From assembly GCF_009827135.1 (NCBI RefSeq), contig NZ_CP046534.1, positions 240,001 to 272,000 of the forward strand: a stretch of DNA of 32,000 nt, in the 5' to 3' direction. The DNA is from Blochmannia endosymbiont of Camponotus nipponensis. GTDB lineage: Bacteria > Pseudomonadota > Gammaproteobacteria > Enterobacterales > Enterobacteriaceae. A program made the position numbers and the translations under genes. Shown here one piece after another: positions 1-11,419 of the stretch; within the stretch, counting starts at the first letter, position 1, and the number at the start of each line of letters is the position of its first letter. The notes below the pieces were generated by a model that did no database searches, had not been told where the DNA came from, and saw only the letters and a list, made by a program, of their open reading frames with translations.

Positions 1-914
1 GCACGCACATTTCTTTTAATTTCTTGCTTTGAAGGTGTCAACTTCCCCATATTTTTTAATTGACACTCATTTTTATACTTACTAAATATTTGATAGTTTG
101 TTAAAGGCAGCTTAGATGGCACAGACACAACACAACTGTGTTCACGAATGAAATATTTTACCAATCTATCTTCTAAAGAATTAAAACTAATTACCACTAG
201 TCTCCCTTTTGGAGACAACATGACTAATGCATCGTTTAATACTCGTATTATTTCTTTTAATTCGTCATTAATATACATTCTAATTGCTAAAAAACTCTTA
301 GTTGCAGGATGCTTGTGCATATTGCGATATGGAATAGTATCACAAATTAATTTGGATAAAGCAATCGCACTAGTAAAAGGTTTGTATCGTCTTTCAGCTA
401 CTATAGCCTTAGCAATATTTTTAGAAAATCGTTCTTCCCCAAAAGTTTTTAAAACCCAAGCAATATTTTCCAGAGATGCCTTTGATAACCATTCGGAAGC
501 AGATTGTCCACTACTAACATCCATACGCATATCCAATAGCCCATCTCGCATAAATGAAAACCCTCTGCTATAATCATTTAGCTGCAATGTACTCATACCT
601 AAATCTAATAAAATACCATCTACTGCTCCAATCAACCCCATATTTTCAACATACTTATTCATTTTAGAAAATACATTATGTATCATAGTAAATCTACTAT
701 CTTGTTTAGCAATAAATTCTCCAATTTTTACAGATATCCAATCTCTATCAATCGCCAATAAACGACCTTGTTTAGCTAATCTAGATAAAATTAACTTAGA
801 ATGACCCCCCACACCAAACGTTCCATCAATATATACACCCGTTGAATTAATGTTTAATGCTTGTATTGCTTCGTCTAGCAATACGCTAATATGATTACAA
901 TTAGTATAAAACAT
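1..914 (-). CDS. rsmH: 16S rRNA (cytosine1402-N4)-methyltransferase RsmH/MraW; the 3' end runs off the left window edge
   Basis: Not in the ORF track because it is edge-truncated. My reverse-strand translation from the ATG (complement of 912-914) gives MFYTNCNHISVLLDEAIQALNINSTGVYIDGTFGVGGHSKLILSRLAKQGRLLAIDRD...GILLDLGMSTLQLNDYSRGFSFMRDGLLDMRMD...HPATKSFLAIRMYINDELKE...VISFNSLEDRLVKYFIRE...KRNVRA. It is colinear with E. coli RsmH motifs (IDGTFGRGGHS, LLAIDRD, LLDLGVSSPQLD, GFSF..DGPLDMRMD, SFHSLEDR). Confidence 0.93.
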   Translation of the reverse strand, partial: MFYTNCNHISVLLDEAIQALNINSTGVYIDGTFGVGGHSKLILSRLAKQGRLLAIDRDWISVKIGEFIAKQDSRFTMIHNVFSKMNKYVENMGLIGAVDGILLDLGMSTLQLNDYSRGFSFMRDGLLDMRMDVSSGQSASEWLSKASLENIAWVLKTFGEERFSKNIAKAIVAERRYKPFTSAIALSKLICDTIPYRNMHKHPATKSFLAIRMYINDELKEIIRVLNDALVMLSPKGRLVVISFNSLEDRLVKYFIREHSCVVSVPSKLPLTNYQIFSKYKNECQLKNMGKLTPSKQEIKRNVR

Positions 915-1226
915 ATATATATAACAACCAAAACATAGAGCAGCCACATACGTGCATTGAAGAAAATCGCAACAGTTAATAATAAAAAAACTATTAAACA
1001 TATAATATTTCCATCTTTTATTATATTCAGCGACTGTAGAAATATTCAAAATTTGAAATATATTTTTAAAATTACACTTAAAACACTTAAATTTAAATTT
1101 ATCATGATTATAATTTTATATTACAATATAATCATTATTATTAGCAATGATAAAATAAAAAAATCAATTTTAAAAAACTATAATAATATTCTTATTATAA
1201 CATCCTGATTCTGATAATATTAATAG

Positions 1227-1256
1227 TTGACAAACGATATTTAATAGGCTTAAAAT
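1227..1256 (+). promoter_or_regulatory. Candidate sigma-70 promoter of the leu operon (TTGACA-N18-TAAAAT)
   Basis: A perfect -35 hexamer TTGACA lies at 1227-1232 and TAAAAT at 1251-1256, about 120 nt upstream of the leuA ATG. -10-like words are common in AT-rich DNA, so most of the weight rests on the -35. Confidence 0.4.
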
Positions 1257-1375
1257 AAATTTAATGTAATAACTTATCATTTAAATCTGATGTTATTGAT
1301 GGTCTACTAACGTACCATTAACAGAACATCATATACATTGACTGTTTCTAACACTTCATGAGACATGAATAATCT

Positions 1376-2935
1376 ATGAATCAACGAGTCATTATTTTTG
1401 ATACAACTTTAAGAGACGGTGAACAAGCTCTGCACGCGAGTTTAAACGTAAAAGAAAAATTACAAATTGCCTTTGCTTTAGAACGATTAGGAGTAGATGT
1501 TATGGAAGTTGGATTTCCAGTATCTTCTCCAGGAGATTTTGAATCAGTGCATACGGTAGCTCAAAAAATAAAAAACAGTTTAGTATGCGCCCTAGCCAGA
1601 TGCATTGAAAAAGATATTGATATCGCAGCAGAAGCATTAAAAATAGCAAAAAATTTTCGTATTCATATTTTCTTACCTACTTCAACTATACACATGCAAT
1701 CTAAATTGAAAAAAAACTTTAATCAAATCATAGAAATGACCATTCATGCAATACGTTATGCGAGAAAATACACTGATGATGTAGAGTTCTCTTGCGAAGA
1801 TGCTGGACGTACTAATATAGATAATTTATGTCGTATTGTTGAAATTGCCATTCAATCTGGAGCAAACACAATTAATATCCCTGATACAGTAGGTTATACT
1901 ACCCCATGTCAATTTGGACGCATTATCACTTCCTTATATAATCGTGTTCCTATCATTGATAAAGCTGTCATTTCTGTGCACTGTCATGATGATTTAGGTA
2001 TGGCAGTAGGTAATTCTATTGCAGGTATACAAGCAGGAGCTCGTCAAATAGAAGGCACTATAAATGGTATTGGTGAACGAGCAGGAAATACCGCATTAGA
2101 AGAAATCATTATGGCTATTAAAGTACGAAAGAATCTACTGAACGTATACACTAACATTCATTTGCAAGAAATTTATAGAACTAGTCAAATAGTAAGTCAA
2201 TTATGTAACATGCCTATACCAGCCAACAAAGCAATAGTTGGAGCAAATGCCTTCTCTCATTCCTCAGGTATTCATCAAGATGGTGTATTAAAAAATAGAA
2301 GAAATTACGAAATTATAAAACCAGAAAGTATCGGCTTAAAAGATGTTAAATTAAATCTTACATCACGATCTGGAAGAGCAGCAGTAAAACATCATATGAA
2401 AAAAATGGGTTATCAAGAAAACGATTATGACATGGACAAATTATATGATGTTTTTTTAGAATTAGCAGATAAAAAAGGGCAAGTATTTGATTATGATCTA
2501 GAAGCATTAGCGTTCATTAATAATCAACAAGAACAACAATCAGAATTCTTCAAATTAAAATGTTTTAACGTACACTCCAATTCTTCTGGAATTACTGAGG
2601 CTTCAATCAAATTATATTGCGGAACAAAAACGTGTTCTTATTTAGCAACAGGTAATGGACCAATAGATGCAATTTACACAGCATTAACTCATATTACCAA
2701 GTTAACTATAAATTTAGAAAAATATCAACTCAATGCAAAAGGCCATGGTCGTAATGCATTAGGTCAAGTAGATATTGTTGTATCATATGAAGGACGCAAT
2801 TTTCATGGAGTTGGATTAGCTACAGATATAATAGAATCTTCAGTAAAAGCCATGATTCACGTTTTAAATAATATTTGGCGCGCAAAACAAGTAATAATCC
2901 AACGAAAATATATAAAAAAAGACAATAGCCAATAA
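1376..2935 (+). CDS. leuA: 2-isopropylmalate synthase
   Basis: 519 aa. The N-terminus [19 protein letters not shown] matches E. coli LeuA ([19 protein letters not shown]). [13 protein letters not shown] and the C-terminal regulatory domain are present. It is followed by leuBCD. Confidence 0.98.
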   Translation: MNQRVIIFDTTLRDGEQALHASLNVKEKLQIAFALERLGVDVMEVGFPVSSPGDFESVHTVAQKIKNSLVCALARCIEKDIDIAAEALKIAKNFRIHIFLPTSTIHMQSKLKKNFNQIIEMTIHAIRYARKYTDDVEFSCEDAGRTNIDNLCRIVEIAIQSGANTINIPDTVGYTTPCQFGRIITSLYNRVPIIDKAVISVHCHDDLGMAVGNSIAGIQAGARQIEGTINGIGERAGNTALEEIIMAIKVRKNLLNVYTNIHLQEIYRTSQIVSQLCNMPIPANKAIVGANAFSHSSGIHQDGVLKNRRNYEIIKPESIGLKDVKLNLTSRSGRAAVKHHMKKMGYQENDYDMDKLYDVFLELADKKGQVFDYDLEALAFINNQQEQQSEFFKLKCFNVHSNSSGITEASIKLYCGTKTCSYLATGNGPIDAIYTALTHITKLTINLEKYQLNAKGHGRNALGQVDIVVSYEGRNFHGVGLATDIIESSVKAMIHVLNNIWRAKQVIIQRKYIKKDNSQ

Positions 2936-2955
2936 TTCGGATAACTTAAATATTT

Positions 2956-4056
2956 ATGCATAATAATTATCGTATTGCAATTTTACCAGGAGATGGAATT
3001 GGGCAGGAAACCACCAGGCAAGTTTATAAAATTTTAAATGTGATAAAAAAACAATTTCAGATCAATATTATCACTACAGAACACAAGATAGGAGGAGATG
3101 CAATCAATAATGAAGGCACTCCTTTACCTGACAGTACCTTAAAATGTTGTGAACAATCAGACGCTATACTGCTTGGAGCGGTAGGAGGGCCACAATGGGC
3201 ACATTTAAAAGGATTAGAAAGACCAGAGCAAGGCGCTTTATTAACTTTACGAAAACACTTTGATTTATTTGCTAATTTAAGACCTATATATCTTTCTGAT
3301 ACATTAAAAGAATTATCTCCTTTAAATGTAAACATTATCCCAAAAGGAATCGACATTATGTTTGTACGTGAATTAACCGGAGGAATTTATTTTGGAAAGC
3401 CACAAGGACGTTCGGGTACAGATGCAAATGAATATGCTTTTGATACTGCAATTTATCATCGCTTTGAAATAGAACGTATTGCTGATTTTGCTTTTAAAGT
3501 AGCTCAAAGTAGACGTAAGCACGTGTCTTCTGTAGATAAGGCCAATGTACTAAATACTTCTATGTTATGGAGAGAAGTGGTATCCCAGGTTGCAAAAAAT
3601 TATCCAGATGTCGAATTAGAACACTTATATGTTGATAATGCTAGTATGCAATTAATTAAAAATCCATCTAAATTTGATGTTATTCTATGTTCAAATTTAT
3701 TTGGAGATATTTTATCTGATGAATGTGCTATGATAAGCGGATCAATTGGTACATTACCTTCTGCTAGTATCAATGAACATAATTTTGGTCTATATGAACC
3801 TGCTGGAGGATCTGCTCCAGATATTGCAGATAAAAATATTGCTAATCCTATCGCGCATATTCTCTCTGCTGCATTATTATTTAGATATAGTTTAAAATTA
3901 AATCATATTGCAATTGCAATTGAAAAAGCAGTTGCTAAAACATTAGAGTTAGGATATCGAACAATTGATATAGCAAAAAAAAATGAAAATAGTATAAACA
4001 CTAAAAAAATGGGTGATATTATAGCTTCATTAATTCACAATAAAAGAGACAAATGA
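2956..4056 (+). CDS. leuB: 3-isopropylmalate dehydrogenase
   Basis: 366 aa. Motifs include [48 protein letters not shown] and [13 protein letters not shown]. It is colinear with E. coli LeuB. Confidence 0.98.
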   Translation: MHNNYRIAILPGDGIGQETTRQVYKILNVIKKQFQINIITTEHKIGGDAINNEGTPLPDSTLKCCEQSDAILLGAVGGPQWAHLKGLERPEQGALLTLRKHFDLFANLRPIYLSDTLKELSPLNVNIIPKGIDIMFVRELTGGIYFGKPQGRSGTDANEYAFDTAIYHRFEIERIADFAFKVAQSRRKHVSSVDKANVLNTSMLWREVVSQVAKNYPDVELEHLYVDNASMQLIKNPSKFDVILCSNLFGDILSDECAMISGSIGTLPSASINEHNFGLYEPAGGSAPDIADKNIANPIAHILSAALLFRYSLKLNHIAIAIEKAVAKTLELGYRTIDIAKKNENSINTKKMGDIIASLIHNKRDK

Positions 4057-4057
4057 C

Positions 4058-5458
4058 ATGGGAAAATCCCTATATCAGAAATTATACGATGCACATATAA
4101 TCTACGAAAATATAGATGATGTTCCAATATTATATATTGATCGGCATTTGTTGCATGAAGTTACGTCTCCACAAGCTTTTGAAGCGCTACGTTTAAAACA
4201 ACGTGCAGTTAGACAACCGAAAAAAACATTTGCCACTATGGATCATAATGTTTCCACCACAACAAAAGACATTAATGACTCTGGAAGTATATCTAAAATA
4301 CAATTAGACACATTAACGAAAAACTGCAAAGATTTTGAAATCACATTATTTGATTTAAACCATCCTTATCAAGGAATAGTTCATGTTTTAGCTCCAGAAC
4401 AAGGCCTCACATTACCTGGTATGACTATTGTATGTGGAGATTCTCATACCGCTACTCATGGAGCTTTTGGTGCTTTAGCTTTTGGAATAGGAACATCAGA
4501 AATTGAACATGTGCTAGCAACACAAACTTTAAAACAAATTAGATATAAGTCAATGCAAATGATCCTATCAGGCACTATCGCTCCTCATATTACCGCCAAA
4601 GATATAATTTTAGCAATTATTGGAAAAGTGGGGCATGGAGGAGCATCCGGTTATGTAGTAGAATTTTGCGGACCCATTATCACCTATTTAAGTATGGAAG
4701 AACGTATGACCCTTTGCAATATGGCTATCGAAATGGGAGCAACTTCTGCTTTAATAGCACCAGACCAGATTACTTATAACTATTTAAAAAATCGTAAATT
4801 TTCCCCAAATGGAATAAATTGGGAGCAGGCATTGTTGTATTGGAAAACTTTATATTCCGATCAAAATGCTCATTTTGATAAAAAATTTGATTTTGATGTA
4901 TCTAACGTTAATCCTCAGGTAACTTGGGGTACTAATCCTAGCCAAGTGATCTCTATTGACCAACCAATTCCATCTCCAGAATCTTTTACAGACCCTATAG
5001 AACGCAATTCTGCTGAACGTGCTTTAATTTATATGCAACTCCAATCCAACACTTATTTAACAGATATTTCTATTGATAAAGTATTTATAGGATCATGTAC
5101 TAATTCACGCATTGAAGATTTACGCATAGCGGCAAAAATGATTAAAGGACAACATGTACCTAATACTACGCAAGCAATAGTAGTACCTGGATCTAAATTA
5201 GTAAAAAATCAAGCAGAAAAAGAAGGATTAGACAAAATATTTATACAAGCAGGATTTGAATGGCGATTACCTGGTTGTTCTATGTGTTTGGCTATGAACA
5301 ATGATAAGCTTAATGCAGGTGAACGTTGCGCTTCTACTAGCAATCGTAATTTTGAAGGACGTCAAGGCCCTGGAAGTCGCACTCATTTGGTCAGCCCGGC
5401 AATGGCAGCAGCTGCTGCCATTGCCGGGCGCTTTGTAGATATCCGTAAATTAAAATAA
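4058..5458 (+). CDS. leuC: 3-isopropylmalate dehydratase large subunit
   Basis: 466 aa. Motifs include [51 protein letters not shown] and [10 protein letters not shown]...[13 protein letters not shown]. The start lies 1 nt after the leuB TGA. Confidence 0.98.
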   Translation: MGKSLYQKLYDAHIIYENIDDVPILYIDRHLLHEVTSPQAFEALRLKQRAVRQPKKTFATMDHNVSTTTKDINDSGSISKIQLDTLTKNCKDFEITLFDLNHPYQGIVHVLAPEQGLTLPGMTIVCGDSHTATHGAFGALAFGIGTSEIEHVLATQTLKQIRYKSMQMILSGTIAPHITAKDIILAIIGKVGHGGASGYVVEFCGPIITYLSMEERMTLCNMAIEMGATSALIAPDQITYNYLKNRKFSPNGINWEQALLYWKTLYSDQNAHFDKKFDFDVSNVNPQVTWGTNPSQVISIDQPIPSPESFTDPIERNSAERALIYMQLQSNTYLTDISIDKVFIGSCTNSRIEDLRIAAKMIKGQHVPNTTQAIVVPGSKLVKNQAEKEGLDKIFIQAGFEWRLPGCSMCLAMNNDKLNAGERCASTSNRNFEGRQGPGSRTHLVSPAMAAAAAIAGRFVDIRKLK

Positions 5459-5480
5459 ATATAAAAGGACACATATATAT

Positions 5481-6089
5481 ATGACTCAATTTATTCAACA
5501 CACTGGTGTAGTTCTACCACTTAATATTGCTGACATAGATACTGACAGCATAATCCCAAAACAATTTTTAAAAGCCACTACTCGGTCTAACTTCGGACTA
5601 TACTTATTTTTTAATTGGCGATTTCTTAAAAATAGCCCTACCATTTCAAATCCTAATTTTGTATTAAACGAACCTCATTATAAAAACGCTAGTATTTTAT
5701 TAACTCAAAGAAATTTTGGATGTGGATCATCTCGTGAACATGCAGTATGGGCGCTTATGGATTATGGATTCAAAGTTATTATAGCTCCAAGTTTTGCAGA
5801 TATTTTTCATAAAAATAGCTTTAATAACCGCTTGTTACTTATTAGTTTATCAGATCTAAAAATAAACAATTTAATGAAAGAAGTTTCAATACAAAAAGAA
5901 AGTGTATCCTTTACGGTAGATTTATATGAACAAACCATCTACACACACAATAAAAAAAAATATTTTTTTGAAATAAGTGATTTTTATAAACGTTGTATAA
6001 TGAACGATATAGACAATATCAACTTAACTTTACAATATGATGCTGCTATTAAAAAATATGAATATAATCAACCACCATACTTAAAATAA
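5481..6089 (+). CDS. leuD: 3-isopropylmalate dehydratase small subunit
   Basis: 202 aa. Motifs include [27 protein letters not shown] and [13 protein letters not shown]. An AAAGGA Shine-Dalgarno-like word precedes the ATG. Confidence 0.97.
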   Translation: MTQFIQHTGVVLPLNIADIDTDSIIPKQFLKATTRSNFGLYLFFNWRFLKNSPTISNPNFVLNEPHYKNASILLTQRNFGCGSSREHAVWALMDYGFKVIIAPSFADIFHKNSFNNRLLLISLSDLKINNLMKEVSIQKESVSFTVDLYEQTIYTHNKKKYFFEISDFYKRCIMNDIDNINLTLQYDAAIKKYEYNQPPYLK

Positions 6090-6320
6090 GCATAAAAACA
6101 TAAACAATATAAATACCATTATAATATATACATTTATAAAAAATTAAAATAAACACAAAAAATAAAAATTATTGAAATATACAATATAATTACAAAAATC
6201 CTTAATACATACCACTAATCAAACACTAAAAATATTTACATATAGTATATGTCAATTTGAATAAAACAACAAAAACAAACTAATACCGGATCATTAATAC
6301 TATTTTTATCACTTTTCTTC

Positions 6321-6355
6321 TTTATATAGATTAATTAAAAATTAATCTATATAAA
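6321..6355. repeat. Perfect 16-bp inverted repeat with a 3-nt loop in the leuD-lptD spacer
   Basis: 6321-6336 (TTTATATAGATTAATT) is the exact reverse complement of 6340-6355 (AATTAATCTATATAAA). Each arm has a single G or C. No T-run follows on either strand. Confidence 0.6.
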
Positions 6356-6684
6356 ATCCAAATAAATAATACCTGTCATCAATAAATCAAAATAAATCAT
6401 CCAAAATATTATTTATATAAATAAACAAAAATTTGAAAAATAATCTTAAATCTAGTATTATTATAGCAGATGCATGTTAGTATCCTCTCTTATATATCAA
6501 TAAAAATGTCTTTGTAATATAAAAAATATAGAAAAATCAATTAAAACATATGTTACTTATTTATAATACAATATTTACATCATGTTATTTGATCAATATC
6601 AAACAATGTTCAGGCATAACTACACTATATATAAAAAATACGTTTATTAACACAATCACAAAGATTGCTTCATTTTGAAAAAAT

Positions 6685-9066
6685 ATGTATCAAAATAGTT
6701 ATATCAATAATATTAAGTTTTTTCTAAAAAATTTCATCATTAATTCTATCTTATTAATACTTCATACTCAATTCTATTTTTTAGCTTATGCGTCTAATTA
6801 TTTACACATTCCTACAATTAACAATCTTTTTGTTGTTGACCAGCCCATGTATATACAATCTGATGAATTAGAAGTGTTTTATCCTAAAAAAATACAGTTT
6901 TCTGGACATGTCACTATGAAACAAAATAATAATATTTTAACGTCCGATAAACTAATAATATCATGTAACAAAAAAAATGAGTTATTATATAATACACTGT
7001 ATGCCTGTGGTCATATTAATTATCACAACAAACATATTGTATTAACAGGATCCCATGCTTGGATTGATTTATATAATAAAAACGTTGATATTCATCACGG
7101 TACATATTATTTATTAACACCACATATTTATGGTACAGCAAATTCTATAATGCAACGAAAAAACAATCGTTACACTATCATTAAAGAAGGAAAATGTACT
7201 TCCTGTATGGCAGATGATAATTACTGGAATATAACAGGATCAGAAATGATTTATGATAATCATAAACATAATATAGATATTTGGAATGCTTGTCTCAAAA
7301 TAAAAACAATACCAATATTCTATAGCCCCTACCTATCATTATCCTTACATAAAAATAATGTTTTAAGACGCTATATACCTAGTATTAAATACAGTAGTAA
7401 ATATGGATTAATCTTTAAAATACCGTGTCCTATTAATTTCTCAAAACATTACTCAGGAAGTATTTCCCCATTTTACACATCTAACCTAGGAATACAATTA
7501 GAAACAGAAATCCACTATTCATTGAAACCAGGAACTGGATTATTAATTTTAGATATCATAAACAATGACAAACTATATAATAAAAATTTTTCCAAAAATT
7601 ACTACAACAAACATTGGCAATTATATTGGAAACACAATGGTATCATGAATAAAAAATGGCATTTTTGTTCTAATTACATTTCATCCACAGGATCTGATAA
7701 CTATATTGAACATTTCAACATACCAGCAGTACACACATACCCTCACAATGATCATATAAATCAAAAAATTCTATGTAATTATAGTAATAAAAATTGGAAC
7801 GCTAGCTTAGCTTATTTTGGTATTACAAATATTCCAACCAAAGCGGTTCAAAATAACTGTAATTACAATGCAACACCGCAACTAGAATTAAATTCATATT
7901 ATTACACAAACATTAAACACAGACCATTTAATTTAAAATTATTTCATCAACTAACACAATTTACACCTACAAATTATTATTTCCCAAAAACAATCAGAAT
8001 ACACACGGAACCAACTGTAAATTTCTCAATAAATGATTACTGGGGTAATTTTAATACTGAAGCAAAACTAATAATAACACATTATCAACAAAAAAATATA
8101 AATCACTACAATACAACACAATGCTCAAACTATCATTTACAAAATATAGTCAATCGTATTATTCCGCAATTTAAAATAAACGGGAAAATGATTTTCAAAA
8201 AATCAACACATATTCCAAAAAAATATAAACATTTTTTAGAACCAAAATTACAATATTTATATATACCGTATCGTTTTCAAGACAACATCGGTATGTATGA
8301 TACTGACATCATGCACATAGATCATAAAAAATTATTCCATGAGAATACATATAGTGGATTGGACCGTATTTTTCCTGTTAATCAAATTACGGGAGATATC
8401 ACAATGCGATGTTTTAAGAAAAAAAAAGAAATTTTTTACGCATCTATAGGTCACATTTTTAACTTAAAACAATGCAATTCTAAATATTGCACAACAACCC
8501 AACGCACAATGCATAAAATTTCCGATAATATCCTATTGTTTTCAGGACTTGGACATTGGACTATTAATGACCATTGGAAAATAAACACTGAAATGAAATA
8601 TGATATGCAACATCACGCATTATCTTTTGGAACTCTAATATTAGAATATAAAGGAAAAAATAATCAAATATTACAAACAAATTATCGATATACTAGTAAA
8701 CAATATCTCGTAAAAATACTATCAAATATCAACGAACCAATTTACCAGAACACAATTGCGCAACTCGGTATTCTTGCTGGATATCCCTTAATCGATCATT
8801 GGAAAATAAATTGTTCTTATTACCATAATCTCAAAACTAATCAAACCATTGATCAAACAATAGGGATACAGTATTATACTCCGTGTTGGGATATAAATAT
8901 AGCTTGCGAACGGAAAATTATTAATTGGAATAATCAATTAAATCATAATACATATGATAATAAGATACGATTAGATATTAAAATATATAGTTCTACAACA
9001 GATTTTAAGTCGAACTCATATAAAATGTTGAATATAGGTACCCTACCATATCAACATACATTTTGA
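6685..9066 (+). CDS. lptD: LPS-assembly outer-membrane protein LptD (Imp/OstA), highly diverged
   Basis: 793 aa. Conserved islands match E. coli LptD: NRYTIIKEG..TSC, IWNA..K....PIFYSPYL, EPTVNF....WGN.NTEAKL..THYQQ, PQFKINGKMIF, LEPKLQYLYIPYR and C-terminal LPYQHTF. It is followed by surA, as in E. coli. The start codon is the least certain part, because there is no clear SD. Confidence 0.9.
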   Translation: MYQNSYINNIKFFLKNFIINSILLILHTQFYFLAYASNYLHIPTINNLFVVDQPMYIQSDELEVFYPKKIQFSGHVTMKQNNNILTSDKLIISCNKKNELLYNTLYACGHINYHNKHIVLTGSHAWIDLYNKNVDIHHGTYYLLTPHIYGTANSIMQRKNNRYTIIKEGKCTSCMADDNYWNITGSEMIYDNHKHNIDIWNACLKIKTIPIFYSPYLSLSLHKNNVLRRYIPSIKYSSKYGLIFKIPCPINFSKHYSGSISPFYTSNLGIQLETEIHYSLKPGTGLLILDIINNDKLYNKNFSKNYYNKHWQLYWKHNGIMNKKWHFCSNYISSTGSDNYIEHFNIPAVHTYPHNDHINQKILCNYSNKNWNASLAYFGITNIPTKAVQNNCNYNATPQLELNSYYYTNIKHRPFNLKLFHQLTQFTPTNYYFPKTIRIHTEPTVNFSINDYWGNFNTEAKLIITHYQQKNINHYNTTQCSNYHLQNIVNRIIPQFKINGKMIFKKSTHIPKKYKHFLEPKLQYLYIPYRFQDNIGMYDTDIMHIDHKKLFHENTYSGLDRIFPVNQITGDITMRCFKKKKEIFYASIGHIFNLKQCNSKYCTTTQRTMHKISDNILLFSGLGHWTINDHWKINTEMKYDMQHHALSFGTLILEYKGKNNQILQTNYRYTSKQYLVKILSNINEPIYQNTIAQLGILAGYPLIDHWKINCSYYHNLKTNQTIDQTIGIQYYTPCWDINIACERKIINWNNQLNHNTYDNKIRLDIKIYSSTTDFKSNSYKMLNIGTLPYQHTF

Positions 9067-9122
9067 GTTGATATCCCACATTAAATTAAAATACGTCCTT
9101 ACAACAAAACATCATTAATTAT

Positions 9123-10397
9123 ATGAAATTTTGGAAAATATTAACTCTAATATCTATATTACAAACAAATGCTGTTTTTGGAACGTTAAAAACACTAGAT
9201 AGAATGGTAGCATTAGTAAATCATCATATTATATTAGATAGCGACATAAGAAATAATATCTATATGTTTCATAATAACATATATAACGTTAATAACGATA
9301 TCTCACAAAATATTATCTATTACCAACAAATCTTAAATCAATTAATCACGGATCACCTCATTCTTCAAGTCGCTACTCAACAGAATATCAATATTGAGTA
9401 CAATAAACTTGATCAGATGATTAATTGTATTGCACATCTATATGGTATGACACTAGATCAATTTCGTCTACATTTACATAATATTGGTTTAAATTACGAA
9501 AAATATTATTCACAACAATATCGAGAACTCCTTAAAAAAAGTATATGCGATAGTGTTCTTTATTATCGTTCTAATATATTAATGCATGAAATAAAAAAAA
9601 CTTCCAAAGAATCAAATACTGTTAACGTGAATAAACAATTTAAATTACGACATATTACATTTTCATTGCCAATACAACCCGCTCAAAGTCAAATAGATAG
9701 AACAAAAGATTTTGCAAGGTTATTAATTAAAAAAAAAGCATCTAATAACAATATTAAAGAATTAATGAATACATACTTTAATAAAGAGATCATTCAAATA
9801 ATCAAAGTACAAGAAACAGAATGGATATCATGGAAAGATATACCTATGATTTTAGATAAACATTTACAAAAAGCAAAAAAAAATGATATTATCGGCCCAG
9901 TTGTATCTTATGATGGGATACATATTATAGAAGTACAAGATATGCGCTACAAACAAACTATATTTCCTATAACCAAAATCAAAGCAAAAATATTTACTAT
10001 AAAAAATTCACATAAAAATGCAAACATAATAGAACAGCTTCTACAAACTAAAGAACACATCGAAAAAAGTAATACTACAGATGATATGATTACTAAAAAA
10101 TCACAAGATATACATATTAATCAGTATGAAGAAAACATAATATATCAGGATTTAGACGATTTTGACCCATCAATTCGCAGAGTTTTAGCTTCTTTAAAAA
10201 GAAATGAAATTAGTATACCAGTATATACTTCTAATGGGTGGCGTTTAATTCAATTAATAGATATATCTATTTTAGATTATAATGAAATAATGTATGAACG
10301 TACTTACTTATATTTATTAAACAAAAAATTTGATGAAATTATGAAAAACTGGATTCAAGAATTACGATCTGCATCATATATTAAGATTATTAAATAA
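9123..10397 (+). CDS. surA: Periplasmic chaperone SurA (parvulin domains look degenerate)
   Basis: 424 aa with a signal-peptide-like N-terminus ([20 protein letters not shown]). MTLDQFR....IGLNYEKY and the C-terminal KFDE....[12 protein letters not shown] match E. coli SurA. Its position between lptD and pdxA is conserved. Confidence 0.92.
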   Translation: MKFWKILTLISILQTNAVFGTLKTLDRMVALVNHHIILDSDIRNNIYMFHNNIYNVNNDISQNIIYYQQILNQLITDHLILQVATQQNINIEYNKLDQMINCIAHLYGMTLDQFRLHLHNIGLNYEKYYSQQYRELLKKSICDSVLYYRSNILMHEIKKTSKESNTVNVNKQFKLRHITFSLPIQPAQSQIDRTKDFARLLIKKKASNNNIKELMNTYFNKEIIQIIKVQETEWISWKDIPMILDKHLQKAKKNDIIGPVVSYDGIHIIEVQDMRYKQTIFPITKIKAKIFTIKNSHKNANIIEQLLQTKEHIEKSNTTDDMITKKSQDIHINQYEENIIYQDLDDFDPSIRRVLASLKRNEISIPVYTSNGWRLIQLIDISILDYNEIMYERTYLYLLNKKFDEIMKNWIQELRSASYIKIIK

Positions 10398-10399
10398 AA

Positions 10400-11419
10400 A
10401 TGATTAAAAAAAATAAACAATTCCAACGAATTGTTATCACTACAGGCGAACCTGCTGGAATTGGCCCTGATATAGTCATCATGAGCGCGCAGAAAAAATG
10501 GCCCGTAGAATTAGTTGTATGCGCAGATCCCAATTTATTATTAGATAGAGCAAATCAAATCAATTTACCTCTAAAATTACGCTCTTATCACTCTAAAAAA
10601 ATAACCACTCCTTGCCTACCTGGAGAACTATCCATATTAAAAATATTACTTCCAAAAAAATCCATACCCGGTCAATTAAGCATTGATAACAATAACTACG
10701 TTATCAATGCTTTAACTCGAGCATCACAAGGATGTTTAAACGGAGAATTTGCAGCATTAGTCACTGGACCTATACATAAAGCTATTCTTAATAAAGGAAA
10801 CATAGAATTCTATGGACACACTGAATTTTTATCTCAAATCAGCAAATGCAAAAAAACTGTAATGATGTTAAGTAACAATATACTACGTGTTGCTTTAGCC
10901 ACTACTCATGTACCTATATTATCTGTTCCAACAATGATTACTCAACAATCTCTCTGTAATACTATTTCCATCCTTGCTAAAGGACTTAAAAAATACTTTA
11001 ATATTCCATGCCCTATAATTTATGTATGTGGTTTAAATCCACATTCTGGAGAATCTGGTTATATAGGAAAAGAAGAAATCAAAATTATTATACCCGCTTT
11101 AAATATTTTAAAAAAAAACATTAATTACAAAATAATAGGACCTTTACCAGCTGATACAATATTCCAACCAAAATACATCCAACATGCAGACGTAATACTA
11201 GCAATGTATCACGATCAAGGATTACCTGTTCTAAAATATGCTGGGTTTGGTAAATCAGTAAATATTACTTTTGGATTACCTTTTATTAGAACTTCTGTAG
11301 ATCATGGTACCGCCCTTGACCTATCCGGAACAGGAACGGCTCTACCTAATAGCATGATTATGGCGATTACAATCGCAATTAACATGATAAATAATATCAA
11401 TGAAAAAAAAATACTATAA
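10400..11419 (+). CDS. pdxA: 4-hydroxythreonine-4-phosphate dehydrogenase
   Basis: 339 aa. Motifs include [47 protein letters not shown] and [11 protein letters not shown]. The start lies 2 nt after the surA stop. Confidence 0.96.
   Translation: MIKKNKQFQRIVITTGEPAGIGPDIVIMSAQKKWPVELVVCADPNLLLDRANQINLPLKLRSYHSKKITTPCLPGELSILKILLPKKSIPGQLSIDNNNYVINALTRASQGCLNGEFAALVTGPIHKAILNKGNIEFYGHTEFLSQISKCKKTVMMLSNNILRVALATTHVPILSVPTMITQQSLCNTISILAKGLKKYFNIPCPIIYVCGLNPHSGESGYIGKEEIKIIIPALNILKKNINYKIIGPLPADTIFQPKYIQHADVILAMYHDQGLPVLKYAGFGKSVNITFGLPFIRTSVDHGTALDLSGTGTALPNSMIMAITIAINMINNINEKKIL

Noticed and set aside
148-573. 141-aa ORF on the + strand from the ORF track
   Set aside because: It lies entirely antisense to the well-supported rsmH reading frame (complement 1-914). 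Its product has no recognisable motifs, so it is a shadow ORF.
957-1208. 83-aa ORF (TTG start) in the rsmH-leuA divergent spacer
   Set aside because: The translation is low-complexity Ile/Asn/Lys from nearly pure AT DNA. It has no SD or ATG and it overlaps the probable divergent promoter region. I also looked on the minus strand for an mraZ remnant (915-1226) and could recognise none.
1365-1379. 4-codon uORF (ATG AAT AAT CTA TGA) overlapping the leuA ATG
   Set aside because: It is too short and has no SD. Such ATG..TGA strings are expected by chance in this composition.
6582-6650. 22-codon ORF (MLFDQYQTMFRHNYTIYKKYVY) just upstream of lptD
   Set aside because: It has no Shine-Dalgarno sequence and no recognisable similarity, and it sits in low-GC spacer. 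It is most likely chance.
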